Shown: piece by piece, positions 28,801-42,100 of the stretch
Position numbering within the stretch: position 1 is the first letter of the stretch
Layout: every line of letters starts with the position of its first letter
Origin: Phyllobates terribilis
Lineage: Eukaryota
Direction: 5' to 3'
NCBI RefSeq assembly: GCF_046119375.1
Contig: NW_027362769.1
Span: forward strand, 393,142,001 to 393,206,000
DNA length: 64,000 bases
The notes under the pieces: model-generated
What the model was told of the DNA's origin: nothing
Database searches by the model: none
The model's input: only the letters and a program-made list of their open reading frames with translations
Position numbers and translations under genes: made by a program

Positions 28801-29975
28801 GATGCCCTGTGACAGTAGAGGATGCTCTGTGGTAGTAGAGGATGTCCTGTGGTAGTAGAGGATGCCCTGTGACAGTAGAGGATGCCCTGTGGTAGTAGAG
28901 GATGCCCTGTGGCAGTAGAGGATGCCCTGTGGCAGTAGAGGATGTCCTGTGTTAGTAGAGGATGCCCTGTGGTATTAGAGGATGCCCTGTGGTAGAAGAG
29001 GATGCCCTGTGTTAGTAGAGGATGCCCTGTGGTAGTAGAGGATGCCCTGTGACAGTAGAGGATGCCCTGTGACAGTAGAGGATGTCCTGTGACAGTAGAG
29101 GATGTCCTGTGACAGTAGAGGATGCCCTGTGACAGTAGAGGATGTCCTGTGACAGTAGAGGATGCCCTGTGGTAGTAGAGGATGTCCTGTGTTAGTAGAG
29201 GATGCCCTGTGGTAGTAGAGGATGCCCTGTGACAGTAGAGGATGTCCTGTGACAGTAGAGGATGTCCTGTGGTAGTAGAGGATGTCCTGTGGTAGTAGAG
29301 GATGTCCTGTGGTAGTAGAGGATGCCCTGTGGTAGTAGAGGATGTCCTGTGGTAGTAGAGGATGCCCTGTGGTAGTAGAGGATGTCCTGTGACAGTAGAG
29401 GATGCCCTATGGCAGTAGAGGATGCCCTGTGGTAGTAGAGGATGTCCTGTGACAGTAGAGGATGCCCTGTGGCAGTAGAGGATGCCCTGTGGTAGTAGAG
29501 GATGTCCTGTGACAGTAGAGGATGCCCTGTGGTAGTGGAGGATGCCCTGTGGCAGTGGAGGATGTCCTGTAACAGTAGAGGATGTACTGTGGTAGTAGAG
29601 GATGCCCTGTGGTAGTAGAGGATGCCCTGTGGTAGTAGAGGATGCCCTGTGGCAGTAGAGGATGCCCTGTAACAGTAGAGGATGCCCTGTGGTAGTAGAG
29701 GATGCCCTGTGGTAGTAGAGGATGCCTGTAACAGTAGAGGATGCCCTGTGGTAGTAGAGGATGCCCTGTAACAGTAGAGGATGCCCTGTAACAGTAGAGG
29801 ATGCCCTGTAGTAGTAGAGGATGCCCTGTGACAGTAGAGGATGCCCTGTGGTAGTAGAGGATGCCCTGTGACAGTAGAGGATGCCCTGTAGTAGTAGAGG
29901 ATGCCCTGTGACAGTAGAGGATGCCCTGTGACAGTAGAGGATGCCCTGTAGTAGTAGAGGATGTCCTGTGGCAGC
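25810..29975. repeat. 20-bp minisatellite, about 4.2 kb (with 25-bp variants)
   Basis: Unit gtagtagaggatgccctgtg. Source of the spurious 445/732/476-aa ORFs. Confidence 0.97.
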
Positions 29976-30197
29976 ACATTCCCCTGTACAGCAGACATTT
30001 TACCGTGCAGAAATTAATCCTGGGCACTGAGAAGAGATTTTCCCGGCAGTGCCCATGGCAGACACAGTGAGGAGGCGGCTGCTGTAGTAGAGGAGCATCA
30101 CTCCTCCCATCCTCTGTGTCCTTCACATCCTGCAGCTGGATGATGACTCTTGGGGCTCTTCTCCTCAGGTCCTGCTGCTCGGCCCTATCTCCTCATC

Positions 30198-33100
30198 ATG
30201 GTGCGCCCCTTATATTACCTGGTGCCAGTCCTGGGGGGCTACGCTGCCTCCTCTTATTACTTACTGAAGAATCCCCACATCCTGCAGAAGAGGAAGAGAC
30301 TGGCCTTCCACTGCCGCCACATCTCCCACCGAGGGGGTAAGTCATGGCACCTGTGGTGCCCGGACCCCAGGGACGACCCCGACACCCCAACATGTAACCC
30401 CTGGGCCCTTACTATAGGAGGGATGGGGCACCCACCCTATAATTAGTAATGTCACTAACACTGCTGACTTTCTGGGGAAGTTAGGTGACAACTGACGCTG
30501 GAATTACACCTGCTGTTGTCAGACACCTTCTCATACTTCAGAATGTAAAACGCCAGAGGGGGAGAGTCGCCAGTCAGGAGTCCGGGAAAGCTGGGGTGAT
30601 ATTCACAATGACCTTATCATAATATTCCCCCTGTCCTCCAGGAGCCGGAGAGAAGATAGAAAACACCATGGAGGCATTTGATAAGTAAGTGGGGGTCTGC
30701 ATTGTTTTGTGGGGAGTGGGGGCAACATTCATCTACGAGGGGCAGAGTTGTTATATGGGGCGTTGTTGTTCTGTGGGGGGCAGCGTTGATCTGTTGGGGG
30801 CAGCGTTGATCTGTTGGGGGCAGCGTTGATCTGCGGGGGGCAGTGTTGATCTATGGAGGGCAGCGTTGATCTGTGGAGGGCAGCGTTGATCTGTAGGGGA
30901 GCAGTGTTGATCTGCGGGGGGCAGTGTTGATCTGTGGAGGGCAGTGTTGATCTGCGAGGGGGCAGCGTTGATTTGTGGAGGGCAGCATTGATCTATAGGG
31001 GGGCACTGTTAATCTGTAGGGTGCAGTGTTGATCTGCGGGGGGGAAGTGTTGATCTGTAGGGGGCAGTGTTGATCTGTGAAGGGCAGCGTTGATCTGTAG
31101 AGGGGAAGTGTTGATCTGAGGGGGCAGTGTTGATCTGTGGAGGGCAGAGTTGATCTGTAGGGGGCAGCGTTGATCTGTAGGGGGCAGCGTTGATCTGTAG
31201 GGGACAGCATTGATCTGTAGGGGACAGCATTGATCTGTAGGGGGCAGTGTTGATCTGTGGGGGCAGTGTTGATCTGTGGGGGACAGCGTTTATCTATGGG
31301 GCAACAATGATCTATGGGGCAATGTTGATCTGTGGGGGGCAGCGTTGCTCTGTGGGGGCAGTGGTGATCTGTAGGGGGCAGTGGTGATCTGTAGGGCGGC
31401 AGCATTGATCTGTAGGGGGGCAGCATTTATCTGTGGGGGGCAGCGTTGATCTGTAGTCTGTAGGGGGCAGTATTGATCTTTTGGGCCAGCATTGATCTGT
31501 AGGGGGCAGCGTTGATCTTTTGGGTGCAGTGTTGATCTGTGGGGGACAGCGTTGATCTATGGGGCAATGTTGATCTGTGGGGGGCAGCGTTGATCTATGG
31601 GGCAACGTTGATCTATGGGGGCAATGCAATGTTGATCTATAAGGGCAGCGTTGATCTGTGGGGGCAATGTTGATCAATGGGGGCAACGTTGAACTGTGAG
31701 GGGCAGCATTGATTTGTGGAGGGCAGCGTTGATCTGTAGGGGTCAGTGTTGATCTGAGGGGGGCAGCGTTGATCTGTGGAGGGCAGCGTTGATCTGTGGA
31801 GGGCAGCGTTGATTTGTAGAGGGCAGCGTTGATTTGTAGAGGGCAGCGTTGATTTGTAGAGGGCAGCGTTGATCTGTAGGGGGCAGCGTTGATCTGTGGG
31901 GGCAGTGTTGATCTGTGGGGGACAGCTTTGATCTATGGGGCAACAATGATCTATGGGGGAAGCGTTGATCTGTGGGGGGCAGCCTTGATCTCTGGGGGCA
32001 GTCTTGATCTGTAGGGGGCAGTGGTGATCTGTAGGGCGGCAGCGTTGACCTATAGGGGGGCAGCATTTATCTGTGGGGGGCAGCGTTGATCTGTTGGGTG
32101 CAGTGTTAATCTGTGGGGGGCAGCGTTGATCTATGGGGCAACGTTGATCTATGGGGGCAACGTTGATCTATGGGGGCAATGTTGATCTATGGGGGCAGCG
32201 TTGATCTGTGGGGGGCAGCGTTGATCTGTGGGGGCAGTGTTGATCTGTGGGGGGTCGCTTTGATCTGTGGGGGCAGTGTTGATCTTTGGGGGACAGCGTT
32301 GATCTGTAGGGGGCAGTGGTGATTTGTAGGGGGCAGCATTGATCTGTTGGGGGCAGTGTTGATCTGTGGAGGGCAGAGTTGATCTGTGGAGGGCAGCGTT
32401 GATCTGTAGGGGGGCAGTGTTGATCTGCAGGGGGCAGTGTTGATCTGTGGAGGGCAGTGTTGATCTGCGGGGGGCAGCGTTGATCTGTGGAGGGCAGCGT
32501 TGATCTGTAGGGGGGCAGCGTTGATCTGTAGGGGGGCAGCGTTGATCTGTAGGGGGCAGCGTTGATCTGTAGGGGGCAGTGTTAATTTGTGGAGGGCAGC
32601 GTTGATCTGTAGGGGACAGCATTAATCTGTAGGGGACAGCGTTGATCTGTAGGGGTCAGCGTTGATCTGTTGGGGGCAGTGTTGATCTGTGGGGGACAGT
32701 GTTGATCTATGGGGCAACGTTGATCTATGGAAGCAATATTGATCTGTGGGGGGCAGCGTTGATCTGTGGGGGCAGTGTTGATCTGTGTGGGACAGCGTTG
32801 ATCTGTAGGGGGCAGTGGTGATCTGTAGGGGGCAGCGTTGAACTGTTGGGGGCAGTGTTGATCTGTGGAGGGCAGTGTTGATCTGTGGAGGGCAGCATTG
32901 ATCTGTGGAGGGCAGCATTGATCTGTGGAGGGCAGCGTTGATCTATGGAGGGCAGTGTTGATCTGTGGGGGGCAGCGTTGATCTGTGGGGGGCAATGTTG
33001 ATCTATGGGGGGCAGCGTTGATCTATGGGGGCAGTGTTGATCTGTGGGGGACAGCGTTGATCTGTAGGGGGCAGTGGTGATCTGTAGGGGGCAGTGTTGA

Positions 33101-36100
33101 TCTGTAGGGGGCAGCGTTGATCTGTAGGGGGGCAGCATTTATCTGTGGGGGGCAGCATTGATCTGTAGTCTGTAGGGGGCAGTATTGATCTTTGGGGCCA
33201 GCATTGATCTGTAGGGGGCAGCGTTGATCTGTTGGATGCAGTGTTGATCTGTGGGGGGCAGCGTTGATCTATGGGGCAACGTTGATCTATGGGGGCAAGG
33301 TTGATCTATGGGGGCAACGTGGATCTGTGGGGGGCTGTGTTGATCTGTGGGGGGCAGCGTTGATCTATGGGGCAACGTTGATCTATGGGGGCAACGTTGA
33401 TCTATGGGGGCAATGTTGATCTATGGGGGCAGCGTTGATCTATGGGGGGCAGCGTTGATCTGTGGGGGCAGTGTTGATCTGTGGGGGGTCGCTTTGATCT
33501 GTGGGGGCAGTGTTGATCTTTGGGGGACAGCGTTGATCTGTAGGGGGCAGTGGTGATTTGTAGGGGGCAGCATTGATCTGTTGGGGGCAGTGTTGATCTG
33601 TGGAGGGCAGAGTTGATCTGTGGAGGGCAGCGTTGATCTGTAGGGGGGCAGTGTTGATCTGCAGGGGGCAGTGTTGATCTGTGGAGGGCAGTGTTGATCT
33701 GCGGGGGGCAGCGTTGATCTGTGGAGGGCAGCGTTGATCTGTAGGGGGGCAGCGTTGATCTGTAGGGGGCAGCGTTGATCTGTAGGGGGCAGTGTTAATT
33801 TGTGGAGGGCAGCGTTGATCTGTAGGGGACAGCATTAATCTGTAGGGGACAGCGTTGATCTGTAGGGGTCAGCGTTGATCTGTTGGGGGCAGTGTTGATC
33901 TGTGGGGGACAGCGTTGATCTATGGGGCAACGTTGATCTATGGAAGCAATGTTGATCTGTGGGGGGCAGCGTTGATCTGTGGGGGCAGTGTTGATCTGTG
34001 TGGGACAGCGTTGATCTGTAGGGGGCAGTGGTGATCTGTAGGGGGCAGCGTTGAACTGTTGGGGGCAGTGTTGATCTGTGGAGGGCAGCGTTGATCTGTG
34101 GAGGGCAGCATTGATCTGTGGAGGGCAGCGTTGATCTATGGAGGGCAGTGTTGATCTGTGGGGGGCAGCGTTGATCTGTGGGGGGCAATGTTGATCTATG
34201 GGGGGCAGCGTTGATCTGTGGGGGCAGTGTTGATCTGTGGGGGACAGCGTTGATCTGTAGGGGGCAGTGGTGATCTGTAGGGGGCAGTGTTGATCTGTAG
34301 GGGGCAGCGTTGATCTGTAGGGGGGCAGCATTTATCTGTGGGGGGCAGCATTGATCTGTAGTCTGTAGGGGGCAGTATTGATCTTTGGGGCCAGCATTGA
34401 TCTGTAGGGGGCAGCGTTGATCTGTTGGATGCAGTGTTGATCTGTGGGGGGCAGCGTTGATCTATGGGGCAACGTTGATCTATGGGGGCAACGTTGATCT
34501 ATGGGGGCAACGTGGATCTGTGGGGGGCTGTGTTGATCTGTGGGGGGCAGCGTTGATCTATGGGGCAACGTTGATCTATGGGGGCAACGTTGATCTATGG
34601 GGGCAATGTTGATCTATGGGGGCAGCGTTGATCTGTGGGGGGCAGCGTTGATCTGTGGGGGCAGTGTTGATCTGTGGGGGGTCGCTTTGATCTGTGGGGG
34701 CAGTGTTGATCTTTGGGGGACAGCGTTGATCTGTAGGGGGCAGTGGTGATTTGTAGGGGGCAGCATTGATCTGTTGGGGGCAGTGTTGATCTGTGGAGGG
34801 CAGAGTTGATCTGTGGAGGGCAGCGTTGATCTGTAGGGGGGCAGTGTTGATCTGCAGGGGGCAGTGTTGATCTGTGGAGGGCAGTGTTGATCTGCGGGGG
34901 GCAGCGTTGATCTGTGGAGGGCAGCGTTGATCTGTAGGGGGGCAGCGTTGATCTGTAGGGGGCAGCGTTGATCTGTAGGGGGCAGTGTTAATTTGTGGAG
35001 GGCAGCGTTGATCTGTAGGGGACAGCATTAATCTGTAGGGGACAGCGTTGATCTGTAGGGGTCAGCGTTGATCTGTTGGGGGCAGTGTTGATCTGTGGGG
35101 GACAGCGTTGATCTATGGGGCAACGTTGATCTATGGAAGCAATGTTGATCTGTGGGGGGCAGCGTTGATCTGTGGGGGCAGTGTTGATCTGTGTGGGACA
35201 GCGTTGATCTGTAGGGGGCAGTGGTGATCTGTAGGGGGCAGCGTTGAACTGTTGGGGGCAGTGTTGATCTGTGGAGGGCAGCGTTGATCTGTGGAGGGCA
35301 GCATTGATCTGTGGAGGGCAGCGTTGATCTATGGAGGGCAGTGTTGATCTGTAGGGAGCAGCGTTGATCTGTTGAGTGCAGTGTTGATCTGTGGGGGGCA
35401 GCGTTGATCTATGGGGCAACGTTGATCTATGGGGGCAACGTTGATCTATGGGGGCAACGTTGATCTATGGGGGCAATGTTGATCTATGGGGCAACGTTGA
35501 TCTGCAGGGGGGCAGCGTTGATTTGTGGAGGGCAGCGTTGATCTGTAGGGGGGGCACTATTAATCTGTAGGGTGCAGTGTTGATCTGTGAAGGGCAGCGT
35601 TGATCTGTAGGGGGGCAGTGTTGATCTGTGGGGGGCAGTGTTGATCTGTGGGGGGCAGTGTTGATCTGTGGGGGGCAGCGTTGATCTGCGGGGGGCAGCG
35701 TTGATCTGCAGGAGGCAGTGTTGATCTGTAGGGGGCAGTCTTGATCTGTGGAGGCCAGTGTTGATCTGCGGGAGGCAGCGTTGATCTGTAGGGGGGCAGT
35801 GTTGATCTGTAGGGGGGCAGGGTTGATCTGTAGGGGGGCAGCGTTGATCTGTAGGGGGGCAGCGTTGATCTGTAGGGGGCAGCTTTGATCTGTAGGGGAC
35901 AGCGTTGATCTGTAGGGGACAGCATTGATCTGTGGGGGCAACGTTGATCTGTAGGAGGCAGCATTGATCTGTAGGGGGCTGCGTTGATCAGTTGGGGGCA
36001 GTGTTGATCTGTGGGGGACAGCGTTGATCTATGGGGCAACAATGATCTATGGGGCAATGTTGATCTATGGGGCAGCGTGGATCTGTGGGGGGCAGTGGTG

Positions 36101-39100
36101 ATCTGTAGGGGGCAGTGGTGATCTGTAGGGGGCAGTGGTGATCTGTAGGGGGCAGTGGTGATCTGTAGGGGGGCAGCATTTATCTGTGGGGGGCAGCATT
36201 GATCTGTAGTCTGTAGAGGGCAGTATTGATCTTTGGGGCCAGCATTGATCTGTAGGGGGCAGCGTTGATCTGTTGGGTGCAGTGTTGATCTGTGGGGGGC
36301 AACGTTGATCTATGGGGAAATGTTGATCTATGGGAGCAACGTTGATCTATGGGGGCAAAGTTGATTTGTAGTGGGCAGTGGTGATCTGTAGGGGGCAGCA
36401 TTGATCTGTGGGGGGCAGCGTTGATTGGTTAGTCCGTAGGGAGCAGTATTGATCTGTGGGGGCAGTGTTGATCTGTGGGGGACAGCGTTGAATTGTGGGG
36501 GCAGTGTTGATCTGTGGGGGACAGCGTTGATCTGTAGGGGGCAGTGGTGATGTGTAGGGAGGCAGCGTTCATCTGTAGGGGGCAGTGGTGATCTGTAGGG
36601 AGGCAGCTTTGATTTGTAGGGGGGCAGTGTTGATCTGTAGTCTGTAGGGGGCAGTATTGATCTTTGGGGGCAGCACTGATCTGTGGGGGACAGCGTTGAT
36701 CTATAGGGGTCAGTGGTGATCTGTAGGGGGCAGCGTTGATCTGTAGGGGGCAGTGTTGATCTGTGGGGGACAGCGTTGATCTGTAGGGGGCAGCGTTGAT
36801 CTGTAGGGAGGCAGCGTTGATTTGTAGGGGGGCAGCGTTGATCTGTAGGGGGGTAGCGTTGATCTGTTGTCTGTAGGGGGCAGTATTGATCTTTGGGGGC
36901 AGCATTGATCTGTAGGGGGCAGTGTTGTTGTAATCCCCAATACCTACTGGACAACCCCTTTAAATGTTCTTTTTCTTGCAGCGCTGTCACCCATCACTCT
37001 GACCTCCTGGAGTTGGACTGTCATATGACTAAAGACGGACGCGTCGTGGTGTCACATGACGGCAATTTATTACGGCAAACAGGACACGATGTGAACATAA
37101 AGGACGTGACGTACAAGGTGACGGCAGTGACGTGTGTGGATATATATACAGTATATCTACAGTGTAATGAGACGCTCTGCAGGTCTCGGCTCCTTTCCAT
37201 TTCTATTGCTCTTCTTGCTCTCAGTGAATTGAATTATTTTAGAAAACCCATTCTGAGCTTTCACTGTCACAGCGGAGGGTTTGCTACACTGTATCTAATC
37301 TACAGATCCTCAGTCCATGTGCAGGACCATGTCTCTGGGGTCCTGAGCGGCGGCCGTGTGCTTTATATGTGTTTTCTGCCCCCAGGAGCTGCCGCGTTAT
37401 CTGGAGCATCTGGAGGTCACCTTCTTCCCAGGTAGGCTGGAGTCGAGGATCTGGTAGTCTCCAGGCAGTTGGAGAACTATAAGTCCCAGCTTTCCCTCTG
37501 ACCTTTGTGTCCCAGGTCACATCTCGTCAGGCGCAGACCACCGTATCCCTCTGCTGGAGGAGGTCTTCCAGAGACACCCGGAGAAACCCATCAATGTGGA
37601 GATCAAGGAGGACAGCGATGAACTGATAAGAAAGGTAACTACTGCCGGGGGGTGGGCAGTGTCGCCGTGTGCCCCCCATGTACCCGCCGTGTACACCCAT
37701 GAGCCTGCCGTATGCCCCCATGTACCCGCTGTATTCCCCCATGTGCCCCCCGTGTCCTACCTGTATGCCCGCTGTGTGTCTGCCATGTATGTTCTCCAAT
37801 GCGCCCCCGTATGCTCTCATTTGCTGCCTTGTGCCCCCATGTGCCCCCTATGTACCCACCGTATTCCCCTCCCATATGACCCCAGTATACCCCCTATGTA
37901 CCCGCCATGTGCCCCCCCGTATGACCCCAGTATGCCCCCTATATACCTGCCATGTGCCTCCCATATGGCCCCAGTATGCCCCCTATGTACTCGCTATGTG
38001 ACCCCAGTATTCCCCCTATGTACCCGCCGTGTGCCCCCCCGTATGACCCCAGTATGCCCCCTATGTATCCACCATGTGCCCCCCCGTATGACCCCAGTAT
38101 TCCCCCTATGTACTCGCTGTCTGCCCCCCCATGTGACCCCAGTATTCCCCCTATGTACTTGCTGTGTGCCCCCGTATGACCCCAGTATTCCCCCTATGTA
38201 CCCGCTGTGTGCCCCTGTATAACCCCAGTATGCCCCCTATGTACCTGCCGTGTGCCCCTCGTATGACCCCAGTATGCCCCCTATGTACTTGCTGTGTGCC
38301 CCCCCATGTGACCCCAGTATTCCCCCTATGTACTCGCTGTGTGCCCCCCGTATGACCCCAGTATGCCCCCTATGTACCCACCATGTGCCCCCGTATGACC
38401 CCAGTATTCCCCCTATGTACCCGCTGTGTGCCTCCGTATGACCCCAGTATGCCCCCTATGTACCAGCCATGTGCCCCCCATGTGCCCCTTATGTACTCGC
38501 CGTGTGACCCCGGTATGCTCCCATGCGCCCCCTATGTACCTGCCGTGTGCCTGCAGATAGTAGTCTTATCATTATATGCAGGTGTCGGAGCTTGTGAAGA
38601 AATACCAGCGCACGGAGAGAACCATCTGGGCCAGCACCAGCGACAAGGTCATGAAGAAATGTCGGAAGGAGGTACTACTACTACTACTCTCCTCAGTGGA
38701 CAGTGGACATTACTACTACTACTCTCCTCAGTGGACAGTGGACATTACTACTACTACTCTCCTCAGTGGACAGTGGACATTACTACTACTACTAATCTCC
38801 TCAGTGGACATTACTACTACCCCATCGTCCGCCTTTGTGCCATCATCCTCTGTTCTTTGACTTCTCACTCTTTACTACTGCATGATCCTATATACTGAAA
38901 CTACCTCAGACTACTACTCCTCTCATTCTGCGCTCTACATCTTCTTCATGCTGCTTCTAGTATTACTCCATCATCCTCCTCAGTACTACTATCCTATCAT
39001 CCTTTTGTCTATTACCCCATCATTCTCCTATTCACCCCTCCTTGGTACTACTACTCTCATCTTTCTTGACACAGATAGCATTGCTCTGTTCTCCTGTCAC

Positions 39101-42100
39101 CACTGTCACATCTCTTCCCAACTACTACTCCATCATTCTCAACTGCTCACCAGGTTTCAGTTTTTCCATTATCTTCCTCTGTAGCACCACTACTACTCTC
39201 ATCCTCCACCCACTACTTTATTATTATTATTTATTATTATAAGCGCTATTTATTCCATGGCGCTTTACATGTGAAAAAACAATCGAGGACCCTGCCCGTG
39301 AGGACCCCGCCCGCGAGGACCCTGCCCGCGAGGACCCTGCCCGCGAGGACCCTGCCCGTGTGGACCCTGCCCGCGAGGACCCTGCCTGCGAGGACCCTGC
39401 CCGCGAGGACCCTGCCCGTGTGGACCCTGCCCGCGAGGACCCTGCCCGCGAGGACCCTGCCTGCGAGGACCCTGCCCGTGAGGACCCTGCCCGCGAGGAC
39501 CCTGCCCACAAGGACCCTGCCCGTGAGGACCCTGCCCGCGAGGACCCTGCCCACAAGGACCCTGCCCGTGAGGACCCTGCCCACAAGGACCCTGCCCGTG
39601 AGGACCCTGCCCGCGAGGACCCTGCCCGCGAGGACCCTGCCCGCGAGGGCTCACAGTCTACAATTTCTCCCTGTTCATTATAGTCATAGTCTTCTCTCCA
39701 TCTGACTGTACGATGCTCCTCGTGTCGCCTCTCATCCTCCTGGCACTACGACTACTACTTTCTCATCATCTTCCCTCAGAACCCAGAGATGCCGTTCATG
39801 TTCACCCCCCGCCGGGGCGTCACCCTCCTCCTCCTCTATTACACAGGGCTGCTGCCGTTCGTGGATTTGCCAGAGTCAGTGGTGGAGACGTACATGCCGT
39901 CCCTTATAAACAGGTCAGACTGTAGTATATACAGGTTGTGGGCGGGGCCTCGGCTGTATACAGGGTGTGGGCGGGGTCTCGGCTATATCCAGGGTGTGGG
40001 CGGGATCTCGGCTGTATCCAGGGTGTGGGCGGGATCTCGGCTGTATCCAGGGTGTGGGCGGGGTCTCGGCTGTATCCAGGGTGTGGGCGGGGTCTCGGCT
40101 GTATCCAGGGTGTGGGCGTGATCTCGGCTGTATCCAGAGTGTGGACGGGGTCTCGGCTGTATCCAGGGTGTGGGCGGGGTCTCGGCTGTATCCAGGGTGT
40201 GGGCGTGGTCTCGGCTGTATCCAGGGTGTGGGCGGGGCCTTGGCTGTATCCAGGGTGTGGGCGTGATCTCGGCTGTATCCAGGGTGTGGGTGGGCTCTCG
40301 GCTGTATCCTGGGTGTGGGCGGGGTCTCGGCTGTATCCAGGGTGTGGGCGGGGTCTCGGCTGTATCCAGGGTGTGGGCGTGATCTCGGCTGTATCCAGGG
40401 TGTGGGCGGGGTCTCGGCTGTATCCAGGGTGTGGGCGTGGTCTCGGCTGTATCCAGGGTGTGGGCGGGGCCTTGGCTGTATACAGGGTGTGGGCGGGGTC
40501 TCGGCTGTATCCAGGGAGTGGGCGGGGTCTCGGCTGTATCCAGGGTGTGGGCGGGGCCTTGGCTGTATACAGGGTGTGGGCGGGGTCTCGGCTGTATCCA
40601 GGGTGTGGGCGGGGTCTCGGCTGTATCCAGGGTGTGGACGGGGTCTCGGCTGTATCCAGGGTGTGGGCGTGATCTCGGCTGTATACAGGGTGTGGGCGTG
40701 GTCTCGGTTGTATCCAGGGTGTGGGCGGGGCCTTGGCTGTATACAGGGTGTGGGCGTGGTCTCGGTTGTATCCAGGGTGTGGGCGGGGTCTCTGCTGTAT
40801 CCAGGGTGTGGACGGGGTCTCGGCTGTATCCAGGGTGTGGGCGTGATCTCGGCTGTATACAGGGTGTGGGCGTGGTCTCGGTTGTATCCAGGGTGTGGGC
40901 GGGGCCTTGGCTGTATACAGGGTGTGGGCGTGGTCTCGGTTGTATCCAGGGTGTGGGCGGGGTCTCTGCTGTATCCAGGGTGTGGGCGGGGTCTCAGCTG
41001 TATACAGGGTGCAGGGGGTCTCGGTTGTATCCAGGGTGTGGGCGGGGTCTCGGCTGTATACAGGGTGCAGGGGGTCTTGGCTGCATACAGGGTGCAGGGG
41101 GTCTTGGCTGCATACAGGGTGCATGGGGTCTTGGCTGCATACAGGGTGCAGGGGGTCTTGGCTGTATACAGGGTGTACGGGGGTTTAGGTTGTATATAGG
41201 GAGTGGACGGAGTCTCGGCTGTATACAGGGTGCAGGGGGTCTTGGCTGTATACAGGGTGCAGGGGGTCTAGGCTGTATACAGGGTGCAGGGGGTCTTGGC
41301 TGCATACAGGGTGCAGGGGGTCTTGGCTGCATACAGGGTGCAGGGGGGTTTAGGTTGTATATAGGGAGTGGACGGAGTCTCGGCTGTATACAGGGTGCAG
41401 GGGGTCTAGGCTGTATACAGGGTGTACGGGGGTTTAGGTTGTATATAGGGAGAGGTCGGAGTCTCGGCTGTATACAGGGTGCAGGGGTTCTTGGCTGTAT
41501 ACAGGGTGCAGGGGGTCTAGGCTGTATACAGGGTGCAGGGGGTCTAGGCTGTATACAGGTTGCAGGGGGTCTAGGCTGTATACAGGGTGCAGGGGGTCTT
41601 GGCTGTATACGGGGGTTTAGGTTGTATATAGGGAGTGGACGGAGTCTCGGCTGTATACAGGGTGCAGGGGGTCTAGGCTGTATACAGGGTGCAGGGGGTC
41701 TAGGCTGTATACAGGGTGCAGGGGTTCTTGGCTGTATACAGGGGTTTAGGTTGTATATAGGGAGTGGACGGAGTCTCGGCTGTATACAGGGTGCAGGGGG
41801 TCTTGGCTGTATACAGGGTGTACGGGGGTTTAGGTTGTATATAGGGAGTGGACGGAGTCTCGGCTGTATACAGGGTGCAGGGGGTCTTGGCTGTATACAG
41901 GGTGCAGGGGGTCTAGGCTGTATACAGGGTGCAGGGGGTCTTGGCTGTATACAGGGTGCAGGGGGTCTTGGCTGTATACAGGGTGTACGGGGGTTTAGGT
42001 TGTATATAGGGAGTGGGCGGGGTCTCAGCTGTACACAGGGTGCAGGGGGTCTTGGCTGTATACAGGGTGCAGGGGGTCTTGGCTGTTTACCGGGTGTGGG

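Noticed and set aside
25626-29998. Long ORFs of 445, 732, 476 and 268 aa (and similar ORFs at 30.8-37 kb, 39.9-42.2 kb, 44.6-46.7 kb, 51.7-53.1 kb, 55.6-60.3 kb, 61.4-63.7 kb)
   Set aside because: They are translations of stop-poor minisatellites, are periodic in several frames, and lie in introns or intergenic DNA. Not genes.
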